From NCBI GenBank assembly GCA_005800865.1, contig SYEI01000364.1, positions 1 to 29,541 on the forward strand: DNA of 29,541 nucleotides, read 5' to 3'. The stretch comes from Bacteroidota bacterium (GTDB lineage Bacteria; Bacteroidota; Bacteroidia; B-17B0; Aurantibacillaceae). This document shows positions 1-8,808 of the stretch, one piece after another. The position numbers and the translations under genes are program-made. Numbering within the stretch: the first letter of the stretch is position 1; every line of letters starts with the position of its first letter. Below the pieces are notes generated by a model. The model did no database searches. It was not told the DNA's origin and saw nothing but the letters and a program-made list of their open reading frames with translations.

Positions 1-147
1 AAAAATTTTCCAAAGAGCTTTTACGTAGTCGGCTCTTACATTCTTATACTGTAGATAGTAGGCATGCTCCCAAACATCGATTCCGAGAAGAGGGACAAGA
101 CCTTGAGCGCTTACAGGATCTTGGTTAGCGCATGTAGCAATTTCTAA
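1..147 (-). other. C-terminal fragment of an Fe/Mn superoxide dismutase (Mn-SOD, mitochondrial-like), in frame with the upstream gene
   Basis: Translation [49 protein letters not shown] contains the Fe/Mn-SOD signature DxWEHAYY plus NQDP and LQYKNVR. Hand-counted GC is about 43% over 1-135 versus about 25% over 301-480. Confidence 0.9.
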
Positions 148-753
148 TCTTTTTTGAGTACGTTTCTTTTTATTTTTAGCCGAAAAAATTGCTCCAGTAA
201 CCCCAATAGCAACATTACTAAAGGCATAAACTGCGCCACCTGTTGAAGTAACAGTGCCGTCAGGACCAACAAATGAATTCATGAAAAATAGTGGCAAAAT
301 AAAGCCAGTAGTTATTCCTCCGAAAAAATATAAATATTGGCGCCTTTTATATTTTTTTAATTGAGCATACTCTACTAATAATTTAGATTTTTTATCTACA
401 TCATTTTCTTTACTAATAAAATTATATAAACCATTTTCCATAATAGCCTTTCCTTTATATGCCAATCTATTTCCAGAAACTTCAATTTCACCACTATTAA
501 TCACCGACATCTTCTTATCCATTCTAGAAATTGAATCAATATCACCATTTGCATACTTTATATAGTGTACGTTTTTTTTTGAAACTGTATAAACGGGGCC
601 ATCAATATTATCAAATCGATTATATTGTATGTTCTCAAAACCAATTTCCCGCACTTTAGCTACTTGAATTGTTTTATTCAAAAAAGCAATAGTATCTTGC
701 GAATATGAGTTGACAAAAATGCCGATTAATAAAAAACTATAAAGAAATTTCAT
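1..753 (-). CDS. Hypothetical signal-peptide/membrane protein, paralog of 773..1426; 3'-partial, and its last ~45-50 codons are an Mn-SOD-like sequence
   Basis: Not in the ORF track because it has no stop inside the window. Hand translation from ATG at 753 gives 251 open codons: [27 protein letters not shown]...[24 protein letters not shown]... This matches the neighbour's SQDTI, GPIYT and [11 protein letters not shown] motifs, then a hydrophobic segment and basic tail ([15 protein letters not shown]). Confidence 0.85.
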   Translation of the reverse strand, partial: MKFLYSFLLIGIFVNSYSQDTIAFLNKTIQVAKVREIGFENIQYNRFDNIDGPVYTVSKKNVHYIKYANGDIDSISRMDKKMSVINSGEIEVSGNRLAYKGKAIMENGLYNFISKENDVDKKSKLLVEYAQLKKYKRRQYLYFFGGITTGFILPLFFMNSFVGPDGTVTSTGGAVYAFSNVAIGVTGAIFSAKNKKKRTQKRLEIATCANQDPVSAQGLVPLLGIDVWEHAYYLQYKNVRADYVKALWKIF

Positions 754-772
754 ATGTATTTTAATTATTTTG

Positions 773-1426
773 CTAATTGTTGTATAAAGCCACTGCTTCT
801 GCTTTTAGTTTTAGTATTTGTTTTCTCTGTGACTTACTAAATATTGCAAAGCTGGCGCCGGTTGCTAAAAATGGAATAGCAGGTAACAAAAAATCAGGAT
901 TACCCCACGCAGCAGCATAAATCCCAAGTGCTCCTAATGCACCACCGATTCCAAAAAATGGTATACTGGCTATTCCTGTTCCTCTCGCTTTTCGCTGTTT
1001 ACTATCCACTTTATTAATAAGCAATTTTATCTTATTATATTTTTCGTGATCTGAAGTGTACTTACAAATCGTTAAAAAGTCGTCATTATGTATAGATACA
1101 TTATTCAAAAATATTCTTCCATCATTATAACTCAATTGTTTATTTACTAGATTAACAATTCTTAAAGAATCACCATTTTGAATTACCTTTTTAATGCGAA
1201 TACTATCAATTATACCATTCTCATATTTAATGTAAAAAACATCATTCTTATAGCATGTGTAAATGGGACCATTTAGATTTGAATATTTTTGATACTTGAT
1301 GGTTTCTCTATTAATTTCTTTAACCTTAGCAGAAACACGTTGACCTTTTATAAAACAAATTGTATCTTGAGAATAGCTACTAGATGCCAATCCTATTAAT
1401 AGTATTATGTAAATAAATAATTTCAT
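773..1426 (-). CDS. Hypothetical protein with N-terminal signal peptide and C-terminal hydrophobic hairpin
   Basis: 217-aa ORF with a Sec-type leader ([22 protein letters not shown]), two Gly-rich hydrophobic segments near the C-terminus and a basic tail. No family recognised. Confidence 0.8.
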   Translation of the reverse strand: MKLFIYIILLIGLASSSYSQDTICFIKGQRVSAKVKEINRETIKYQKYSNLNGPIYTCYKNDVFYIKYENGIIDSIRIKKVIQNGDSLRIVNLVNKQLSYNDGRIFLNNVSIHNDDFLTICKYTSDHEKYNKIKLLINKVDSKQRKARGTGIASIPFFGIGGALGALGIYAAAWGNPDFLLPAIPFLATGASFAIFSKSQRKQILKLKAEAVALYNN

Positions 1427-1437
1427 TCAAATAAATT

Positions 1438-2580
1438 TTACAATTTACAAATAATTTCAGCTGCCTTTTCTAAAGTCTCCTCCTTTTTAGCAAAGCAAAA
1501 CCTCAATAATTGCTGCTGTTCTTGATTCGTATAAAAAACTGATAATGGAATAGAGGCCAATCCTTTTTCCTTAGTTAATCTTATCGCTAAATCAGTGTCT
1601 TTTTCATCGGTAATGTTCTTATAATTCAATAACTGAAAATAGGTTCCAGTGCATGGCTCCATCACAAAACGAGATCCCGAAACGAGTTTTCGAAAATAAT
1701 CTCTTTTTGCTTGATAAAATTGGTGCAAGCCTTTATACGTTGATTCATCTTTTAAATAATCGGCTAAAGCCAATTGAAAAGGATGATTGACACAAAACAC
1801 TAAAAACTGATGCACTTTTCTAAATTCCAGCATTAATTCTTTAGGCGCTGCCACGTAACCAATTTTCCAGCCGGTGGCATGAATGGTTTTTCCGAAAGAA
1901 GAAACGATAATAGATTGTGCGGCTAAGTCTTTAAAACGCGCTACACTTTGGTGAGGCTTTCCATCAAATACCATGTGTTCGTATACTTCATCACTTACCA
2001 CAATGATATTTTTACCGGCTACTAGTTTTTGCAATTCTAACAAATCATTTTCGGAAAGTGTTGTTCCACTAGGGTTGTGGGGTGAATTAATGATAATCAT
2101 TTTAGTTTTATCAGTAATAGTATTTCGTACCGTGTTCCAATTAATCGTAAAATTTGGGTACTCTAAGTGAATAGATTTTACAACACCACCATGCACATCA
2201 ATAGCTGGAATATAACAATCATACGCAGGCTCAAATACAATCACTTCATCTCCTTTATTAATAAAAGCAGCAATACTAGTATAAATACCTTGCGTTGCTC
2301 CAGCCGTAATGGTAATTTCTGTATCAGGATGATAAACAGCGCCATAACAATTTTGCAATAATTCGCTTATAACCTCTCTTAAAGGCTGCGCCCCAGTCAT
2401 AGGTGCATACTGGTTAAAGCCAGCAGTTAAGTGTTTTTGGGCTAATTCCAATAATTTAGGATGGCAACCAAAATCTGGGAAGCCCTGAGAAAGGTTAATG
2501 GCATTATATTCTTTAGCCAAACCACTCATAACCGTGAAGATGGTAGTGCCAATATTTGGTAATTTTGAATTTATCTGCAT
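1438..2580 (-). CDS. ybdL: PLP-dependent class I/II aminotransferase, methionine aminotransferase YbdL type
   Basis: SKLPNIGTTIFTVMS start, INLSQGFPDF, NSPHNPSG, SDEVYEH, SSFGKTIHATGWKIGY (PLP Lys), LRFCFAKKEETL. Confidence 0.9.
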   Translation of the reverse strand: MQINSKLPNIGTTIFTVMSGLAKEYNAINLSQGFPDFGCHPKLLELAQKHLTAGFNQYAPMTGAQPLREVISELLQNCYGAVYHPDTEITITAGATQGIYTSIAAFINKGDEVIVFEPAYDCYIPAIDVHGGVVKSIHLEYPNFTINWNTVRNTITDKTKMIIINSPHNPSGTTLSENDLLELQKLVAGKNIIVVSDEVYEHMVFDGKPHQSVARFKDLAAQSIIVSSFGKTIHATGWKIGYVAAPKELMLEFRKVHQFLVFCVNHPFQLALADYLKDESTYKGLHQFYQAKRDYFRKLVSGSRFVMEPCTGTYFQLLNYKNITDEKDTDLAIRLTKEKGLASIPLSVFYTNQEQQQLLRFCFAKKEETLEKAAEIICKL

Positions 2581-2620
2581 ATTTTTTTGTAATAATTAGA
2601 CTAAGTTGCTAAAAAAATCT

Positions 2621-2628
2621 TATTTTTG
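2621..2628 (+). promoter_or_regulatory. Bacteroidota -7 promoter element (TAnnTTTG), likely for the tRNA
   Basis: TATTTTTG, 48 nt upstream of the tRNA 5' end. No clear -33 element at canonical spacing. Confidence 0.55.
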
Positions 2629-2676
2629 CTACCCGTTCTTGGATTTTCATTAAAATAATAAAACCAATAACAAATT

Positions 2677-2747
2677 GGTCCTGTGGCCGAGTGGTTAGGC
2701 TCAGCTCTGCAAAAGCTGCTACTCCAGTTCGAACCTGGACGGGACCT
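2677..2747 (+). tRNA. tRNA-Cys (GCA)
   Basis: Acceptor stem GGTCCTG/CGGGACC; D-arm with GG; anticodon stem CAGCT/AGCTG with loop CTGCAAA (GCA at 2709-2711); T-arm TCCAG-TTCGAAC-CTGGA; U discriminator typical of Cys. CCA is not encoded. Confidence 0.97.
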
Positions 2748-2750
2748 CTA

Positions 2751-2785
2751 AAAAACCTCCAAGAAATTGGGGGTTTTTTGTTTTT
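2751..2785 (+). terminator. Intrinsic terminator after tRNA-Cys
   Basis: AAAAACCTCCAA-GAAA-TTGGGGGTTTTT hairpin followed by a T tract. Confidence 0.85.
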
Positions 2786-2815
2786 AAACCCCGTCTATTA
2801 TTTATACATTAGTGT

Positions 2816-3376
2816 ATGCCATTAATTAACCACCTTTCTTCAATCATTACAGTTTCACCAAATTTAGCTGAAGAGCTAAAGAAGGTAACTATTAAAAAAA
2901 CGGTTGCAAAAGGCGATGTGATTGTTAATTGCTACGACCGTTGTGATAGCATTTATTTTATTGAAAAAGGATTAGTGCGTGGATATTATTTTAATGAAGA
3001 TAAAGAAATTACCAATTGGTTTGCACAAGAAGAAGAATTTGCAACTTCGTTTTATGCTTTTATCACCAAAAAAACAACCAACGAAACTATTCAGGCATTA
3101 GAAGATTGTTCCTTAATTGAAATTCCATTTTCTGTTTTACAAAATCTATATACCAACTTTCATGAAACAGAAAGGTTAGGCAGAATCATCACCGAAAACT
3201 ATTACATAAAATTAGAAGAACGTATTTTAAGTTTACAATTTAAAACAGCAAAAGAACGTTATCAAAAATTCGCCGTATCAAAACCTAGCTTATTGCAAAG
3301 AGCTTCATTAGGGCAGATTGCTTCTTACTTGGGCATCACGCAAGAAACCCTGAGCCGAATAAGAGCCGAAAACTAA
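2816..3376 (+). CDS. Crp/Fnr-family transcriptional regulator
   Basis: cNMP-binding domain (IYFIEKGLVRGYY...EITNWF) and C-terminal HTH (LGQIASYLGITQETLSRIR). No N-terminal FNR Cys cluster. Confidence 0.9.
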   Translation: MPLINHLSSIITVSPNLAEELKKVTIKKTVAKGDVIVNCYDRCDSIYFIEKGLVRGYYFNEDKEITNWFAQEEEFATSFYAFITKKTTNETIQALEDCSLIEIPFSVLQNLYTNFHETERLGRIITENYYIKLEERILSLQFKTAKERYQKFAVSKPSLLQRASLGQIASYLGITQETLSRIRAEN

Positions 3377-3395
3377 AAATTAGTTAAAAATTTAT

Positions 3396-3442
3396 TTTTT
3401 GACAATTGTCAAAAAGTCCCTCCTCTACTCTCTCTACTTTTG
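3396..3442 (+). promoter_or_regulatory. Palindromic operator plus -7 element upstream of yiaA
   Basis: Perfect 20-bp palindrome TTTTTGACAATTGTCAAAAA (3396-3415), resembling the FNR box TTGAT-N4-ATCAA; TACTTTTG at 3435-3442. Confidence 0.7.
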
Positions 3443-3467
3443 ATCTCATAATTTTAAAACTAAATTT

Positions 3468-3905
3468 ATGAATAAAAAACCATCAAATGCTTTTATAGGT
3501 GCCTCATGGGTTGCCTTATTAGCGGGAGCAGTATCTTACAATATCGGATTATGGAATGCCGACATGATGCTAAATGAAAAAGGCTATTATTTTGCAGTAT
3601 TAATGTATGGATTATTTTCAGCCGTTTCACTTCAAAAAGCGGTGCGAGACGAACTCGAAGGAATTCCTGTAACTTCCATTTATTACGGCATAAGCTGGTT
3701 CTCTACTATCCTTTCTATTTTATTATTAGTAATTGGATTATGGAATGCTGATTTAATGCGAAGCGAAAAAGGTTTTTACGGCATGTCGTTTACCTTAAGT
3801 TTGTTTGCTGCTGTTGCGGTGCAAAAAAATATACGCGATAGTTCTTCCGCAAAAAAACAAAATAACCTACGCGAAGAAAAAACAGAGTTTAATGAATCGT
3901 TGTAA
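3468..3905 (+). CDS. yiaA: Inner membrane protein YiaA (two YiaAB repeats)
   Basis: Duplicated motif [15 protein letters not shown] / [15 protein letters not shown], each followed by A(V)xLQKxxRD; four TM segments. Confidence 0.9.
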   Translation: MNKKPSNAFIGASWVALLAGAVSYNIGLWNADMMLNEKGYYFAVLMYGLFSAVSLQKAVRDELEGIPVTSIYYGISWFSTILSILLLVIGLWNADLMRSEKGFYGMSFTLSLFAAVAVQKNIRDSSSAKKQNNLREEKTEFNESL

Positions 3906-3921
3906 TTAAAAGTCTAAAAAC

Positions 3922-4704
3922 ATGCTAGCAACCACACAATCAAAAAACAGGTTATTGTTAGGTATTACCATTATTGGAATGAGTGCGCTTTTTTTTATCA
4001 AGCTAATTGCTCAAAATCCAAGTTACCATATATTTTCCGACCAAAGAACCATTCTATCATTAGAACATTTTTGGAACATACTTTCTAATATTCCTTTTTT
4101 TGTAGTTGGTTTGCTTGGCATGTTTTTTATTATTAAAAAATATAATGTGATAAATCTTAACCTCAATAGTTTTGTTTTTTATTTAGGTATATTTTTAACA
4201 GCCATTGGCTCCATGTATTATCATCACCAGCCGTGCAATCAAACATTGGTTTGGGACAGACTGCCAATGACTATTTCTTTTATGGCTTTTTTCTCCCTTA
4301 TTATCGGAAACTATATTTGTATGACAACAGGGAAACGAATGTTATTCCCTCTATTATTACTAGGAATTATTTCTATCATTTATTGGCAAATGACAAAAAG
4401 CAAAGGTCATGAGGATTTACGATTTTATGTGCTCATCCAATTTTTACCGATTATTCTAATTCCAATTGTTTTAATACTATTCAAAAACCACAATCCACTT
4501 ACTAAAACCTATTGGCATATTTTAATGGTTTACATTATTGCAAAAGTATGTGAAGCAAATGATGAATCGATTTTTAAATATATACATATTATAAGCGGCC
4601 ATACATTAAAGCATTTCATAGCATCATTAGCTCCCTTGCTATTTTTAGCAAAGCAATATAAAATGTATCAAAATAAAATTGATAATAATTTATTTTCTAC
4701 TTGA
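3922..4704 (+). CDS. CREST-superfamily membrane hydrolase, alkaline (phyto)ceramidase-like
   Basis: About 7 hydrophobic segments with ILSNIPF, GSMYYH (SxxxH), WDRLPM and GHTLKH (HxxxH) Zn-site motifs. Confidence 0.75.
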   Translation: MLATTQSKNRLLLGITIIGMSALFFIKLIAQNPSYHIFSDQRTILSLEHFWNILSNIPFFVVGLLGMFFIIKKYNVINLNLNSFVFYLGIFLTAIGSMYYHHQPCNQTLVWDRLPMTISFMAFFSLIIGNYICMTTGKRMLFPLLLLGIISIIYWQMTKSKGHEDLRFYVLIQFLPIILIPIVLILFKNHNPLTKTYWHILMVYIIAKVCEANDESIFKYIHIISGHTLKHFIASLAPLLFLAKQYKMYQNKIDNNLFST

Positions 4705-5763
4705 AGCAATTAGTTCTGCCTTTTTACGCTTGGCCTCTTCTAGCTTTTGTATTTCAGCCAAATGAAGTTCATTAATATCATCCTTGTAAAGTTTATGTGC
4801 TTTCCAAATTGGAGGATTGTTAGCGCAGCAGTCTAAAGACATATATAAAGGAGACTGCATAAATGAATATAAAGGCGAATACCATCTGTAACCAACACCA
4901 ATTGAATCAGTAGCGTTTTTTACAGCATGCCAATAAAAGGGTGGGTTCCACAAAATATCTCCTGGCATTAAACTTACAGAATATCCATCCATATATTTGT
5001 ACAAATCGTATGGAGAATTATAATTTGGTTCAAAAGGATTAAAAGGCCCTGAAGCAATTTTTCCTGGAGCGCGTCTATAAATATTTTCTACTGGATCTGG
5101 ATCTATAATAGGTGTGTAATATTGCGAATACAATACCCAATCTTTTTGACCACAAACTTGCACAAATAAATTAGGTGGATTAGCGCAATGTAATGCCGAG
5201 TAAGTTCCTTGTCCGCCAATAAACACCTGAAAGGCATCAAACCAAACAGGAGGTGTGTTTCTTTCCTTCAGCCATTGATAATCAAAATCTTCTAAATGTT
5301 CGGGGTGCCTTTTAAGCAAGGGATAAAATCGATAATATTTACTTCCACCACTTCTAATATTATCAATTACTTCTCCCAAAGTAATGTGCTCATATTTTAC
5401 GTCAGAAGTGTTTTGATCTACTAAAACTATTTCATCAGTACCATGCAAATCTTTAAAATATTGCATACTCCATTTTTTTACACAAGGCCAATCTTTTGCT
5501 GCACCATCTAAAACAACAGGAATTCCTTTTTTCACGTAATGCTCTTTGAATTCTTTTAGACTCAAATCTTTTCTTCTTTCGATGGGCATAATTCTACCTA
5601 AGCCATGTTTAGGCATTGTTTCGTGCAGCTTATTATAAAATGAAGTTCTATTTTTAAAAAAGGTTTTTCTGCCAAAAAAATGATCAAACCATTGATATGT
5701 TCCATATTGGAGTCTTTGTCCAAATGAAATATTTTTTAAAAAGTCTCCTTCCTCCCTTGTCAT
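4690..5763 (-). CDS. JmjC/cupin-like (Cupin_8-type) Fe(II)/2OG oxygenase-fold protein with H-x-A metal motif
   Basis: F..HYVKKGIPVVLDGAAKDWPCVKKWS N-terminal motif; FIGGQGTYSALHCANPPNLFVQVCGQKDW; PGDILWNPPFYWHAVKN. Start moved from the track's 5856 to ATG 5763 (MTREE) because the upstream part looks like AT-rich intergenic sequence. Confidence 0.85.
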   Translation of the reverse strand: MTREEGDFLKNISFGQRLQYGTYQWFDHFFGRKTFFKNRTSFYNKLHETMPKHGLGRIMPIERRKDLSLKEFKEHYVKKGIPVVLDGAAKDWPCVKKWSMQYFKDLHGTDEIVLVDQNTSDVKYEHITLGEVIDNIRSGGSKYYRFYPLLKRHPEHLEDFDYQWLKERNTPPVWFDAFQVFIGGQGTYSALHCANPPNLFVQVCGQKDWVLYSQYYTPIIDPDPVENIYRRAPGKIASGPFNPFEPNYNSPYDLYKYMDGYSVSLMPGDILWNPPFYWHAVKNATDSIGVGYRWYSPLYSFMQSPLYMSLDCCANNPPIWKAHKLYKDDINELHLAEIQKLEEAKRKKAELIASSRK

Positions 5764-5905
5764 AATGATTTTAAATTTACAAAAAATTGTAAATATAAAA
5801 AGCGTTTTTAATTCGTATTCGCTCAAAAGAAAAAATCTGTTTCTACACTTTCGCAAACCTTAACAAAAGCATTAAAAATTAATTTCATAGTGCAGTAATA
5901 AAGAA

Positions 5906-5913
5906 TAAATTTG
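5906..5913 (+). promoter_or_regulatory. -7 promoter element directly upstream of the sensor kinase
   Basis: TAAATTTG, 6 nt before ATG 5920. Confidence 0.55.
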
Positions 5914-5919
5914 TTTTCG

Positions 5920-8808
5920 ATGGCAAAACCCTATTGGAAATATATACTACTATTTTTCATAAAGATTTCTCTATATGCTCAAAATCCAGTTGCTTTTCAA
6001 ATAACGTCGGAAGAAGGTTTGCCTAATCAAACAATTTATAGCATTATACAAGATGATAGAGGATTTATTTGGTTAGGAACTGATGCTGGATTATATAAAT
6101 ATGACGGCATACGTTATTATGAATACAAGCATCCTTTGCAAAAATCACGTTCATTAACTGGACTCGAAAAGGCGACAGATGGTAAAATATACATGTATAA
6201 TTTTAATGGTCAGATTTTTTATATTGAAAACGACTCTTTAAAATTATTGACTGCTTGGGATAAAGGATCGGTTTCAAACATCTGTATTGACAAAAACAGT
6301 AATCTATGGGTGAGCTATAGCAAAGGCATTACCTCACTATCAAATAAAACTAATAAATGGTCATATTTTGCAACTACCCCTAAATATCCAACAGGTAATT
6401 TCACGCATTCATGTTATATTGATAAAGACAATGTATTTTGGTGTATTGGACCAAAAGGTCTAATTCAAATAGACAATGGGGTTGAAAAGTGTTACCCTTT
6501 AAGTTGGTCTGAGGGCAAAGCATCTGGAGACTATCAACTTACCTATTATAATAAACAAAAATTTATATTCAGTAGAGTTGACGGTGAAATATTTAGATTA
6601 ATGGATGGAAATATAAAGCCTTTTTATTCAAATAATTTAAATCCTATTCTTAAAGATAAAAAAATAACTAGAGTAGAAGAAGATAATCAAGACCGTATTT
6701 GGATATACACTTATAGTGGAATTATAATTTATGACATTAAACATGACACTAGTGAATTGTTGTATGAAGACAAATCTTTTTCTTGCGGAATACAAGATAA
6801 CGAGAATTCTTATTGGTTCAGCACACTTCATGATGGCTTACTCAGAATTCCTGAATTATCAAATAAATTATGGATTATAAAAGATGATGCAAATGGGACT
6901 GCAAAGATTAATAAAATAGTGCGCGCTAAATCTTCAGTGTTTTTTGCTTCAGTTAATGGTAAAATTGGGGAACTAAAATTACATGATAACACCATAAAAA
7001 CAATCTCGCTTGATACTAAATCAGATATTCAATCATTTACTTTAGCAGAAGACAGTCAATCAGTTTTGTTTGGAATTCAAGTGAGTGTTTTTAATTTCAA
7101 GCAAAATAAAACAAAAATCATAAGTGAAAAACTTCCTCCTGCTAAAGATGTTTTACAAATAGGGAATAATTATATTGTTGCAAGTTCAAAAGGCACTTTT
7201 TGGTATTGTCCTGACGAGAATTCAAAAACGGAGGTTTTAAATGAAAAATGGGCAAGATCTATTGCTTACAATAAAATTACAAATCGTTTATGGGTAGCTA
7301 CTAATAGTGGTATTGATGTTTATCAATTTAAAAATAATCATTGGATATATATTACAACGTTGCTTGATGGCATTCAAATTATTTCACTATCTTATAAAAG
7401 TAAATTACATGCTTTAGCATTTAACGGAAATGTTTATGAAATAGAAAACAACAGAATTCCTCATATCCTCACAACTTTAAATCAAAATACAACTAGCTAT
7501 CAATTAAAAGAAAATGATTCCTGTTTATTTGCGGCAACTAATAAAGGGCTTTGGATATATAATTTAAAAAATAAAGAATGGCAACTTAAAAATAGATTAT
7601 CTGGTTTAGCATCAAATACTATAGATGGTTTAGACATTGATTCTGAATATATATGGTTGGCAACTTCAAAAGGTATTCAGCAAATACCATTACATACAAA
7701 TAACAAAATTACGTCTTCAAAAATATATTTAAAAAACATTTCGGTCAATAACTCCATTGTTAATTATAAAAAGCCATTAAATCTAAACTATAAAGATGAG
7801 CTAAAAATAGAATTGAATGCAGTTGCATTAAGCTCCGAAAATCACTTTCAATATGCTTATCGATTAGACACTATCAACTCTTGGATATTTTTGCCAGCAG
7901 AAATAAATCAAATTGAATTGCCCGTTCTCAGTTCTGGCCCCTTTAATTTAGAAATAAAATTAGTAGATCATTTAGGAAAAGATTCCATTAATTCTGTACT
8001 AATTAATGGAACAGTAAACCCTCCGTTTTGGCAAAGGTGGTGGTTTTATCTTATGATTGGGATTACCTGTATATTACTTGCGCTTATTATTTTTAAGCAA
8101 CGCGTAAAAGTTATTCATAAAAAACAATTAAAAGAATTAGAACGTATTAATCTCGAACATCAATTAAAACTATCACAAGAAACTGCATTAAGAGCTCAGA
8201 TGAATCCGCATTTTATATTTAATGTATTAAATTCTATAAAAAGTTATATCTATGATAACGACAAAAAAAAAGCGGCAAGTTATCTTCAACGATTTTCTGA
8301 TTTGGTGCGTAAAATATTAGAACAAAGCTCCATGTCGTGGGTAAAATTAGATGAAGAAATAGAACTATTAAAATTATATATCGAACTAGAGTCGATGCTG
8401 TTTATTGATGAGTTTCAGTATTCTATTCAAATAAATGACAATATCGATACTAGCCACACCGCTCTACCATCCCTTATTTTACAACCCTTTATAGAAAACG
8501 CCTTTAAACATGGGTTAAGGCATAAACTTGGAGAAAAGAAGCTCGATCTACTTTTTGCGATGGATACTACAAACACTGTTTTAAATGTGACGATAACCGA
8601 CAACGGCGTTGGACGAAGTCAATCGAAAATAATTAATGATAGCAATACTAAAAAACATCAATCTTTTTCAACGGATGCCATTAATAAAGTTACTGTTTTA
8701 AATCAAAATCAACCTGGTATTATTGCCATCAATTATTTAGATTTATACAACAACAATCATGAAAGTATTGGCACTTCGGTAGTAATTAAAATTAAATCAA
8801 ATGACTAA
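5920..8808 (+). CDS. LytS-type sensor histidine kinase with periplasmic beta-propeller (Reg_prop/Y_Y_Y) domain
   Basis: EGLPNQTIYSIIQDDRGFIWLGTDAGLYKYDG propeller repeats; TM after PPFWQRWWF; ALRAQMNPHFIFNVLNSI (His_kinase, PF06580 type); ENAFKHGL and ITDNGVGR ATPase motifs. ATG 5920 preferred over the track's TTG 5911. Confidence 0.9.
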   Translation: MAKPYWKYILLFFIKISLYAQNPVAFQITSEEGLPNQTIYSIIQDDRGFIWLGTDAGLYKYDGIRYYEYKHPLQKSRSLTGLEKATDGKIYMYNFNGQIFYIENDSLKLLTAWDKGSVSNICIDKNSNLWVSYSKGITSLSNKTNKWSYFATTPKYPTGNFTHSCYIDKDNVFWCIGPKGLIQIDNGVEKCYPLSWSEGKASGDYQLTYYNKQKFIFSRVDGEIFRLMDGNIKPFYSNNLNPILKDKKITRVEEDNQDRIWIYTYSGIIIYDIKHDTSELLYEDKSFSCGIQDNENSYWFSTLHDGLLRIPELSNKLWIIKDDANGTAKINKIVRAKSSVFFASVNGKIGELKLHDNTIKTISLDTKSDIQSFTLAEDSQSVLFGIQVSVFNFKQNKTKIISEKLPPAKDVLQIGNNYIVASSKGTFWYCPDENSKTEVLNEKWARSIAYNKITNRLWVATNSGIDVYQFKNNHWIYITTLLDGIQIISLSYKSKLHALAFNGNVYEIENNRIPHILTTLNQNTTSYQLKENDSCLFAATNKGLWIYNLKNKEWQLKNRLSGLASNTIDGLDIDSEYIWLATSKGIQQIPLHTNNKITSSKIYLKNISVNNSIVNYKKPLNLNYKDELKIELNAVALSSENHFQYAYRLDTINSWIFLPAEINQIELPVLSSGPFNLEIKLVDHLGKDSINSVLINGTVNPPFWQRWWFYLMIGITCILLALIIFKQRVKVIHKKQLKELERINLEHQLKLSQETALRAQMNPHFIFNVLNSIKSYIYDNDKKKAASYLQRFSDLVRKILEQSSMSWVKLDEEIELLKLYIELESMLFIDEFQYSIQINDNIDTSHTALPSLILQPFIENAFKHGLRHKLGEKKLDLLFAMDTTNTVLNVTITDNGVGRSQSKIINDSNTKKHQSFSTDAINKVTVLNQNQPGIIAINYLDLYNNNHESIGTSVVIKIKSND

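Noticed and set aside
572-580. T9 homopolymer in the first gene as a frameshift or phase-variation site
   Set aside because: The frame is open across it and similarity to the paralog continues on both sides; such runs are common at this AT content.
5764-5919. Track starts at 5856 (JmjC) and 5911 (kinase), and 9742 for the LamG gene
   Set aside because: The extensions look like intergenic or promoter sequence; downstream ATGs at 5763, 5920 and 9769 give more plausible N-termini.
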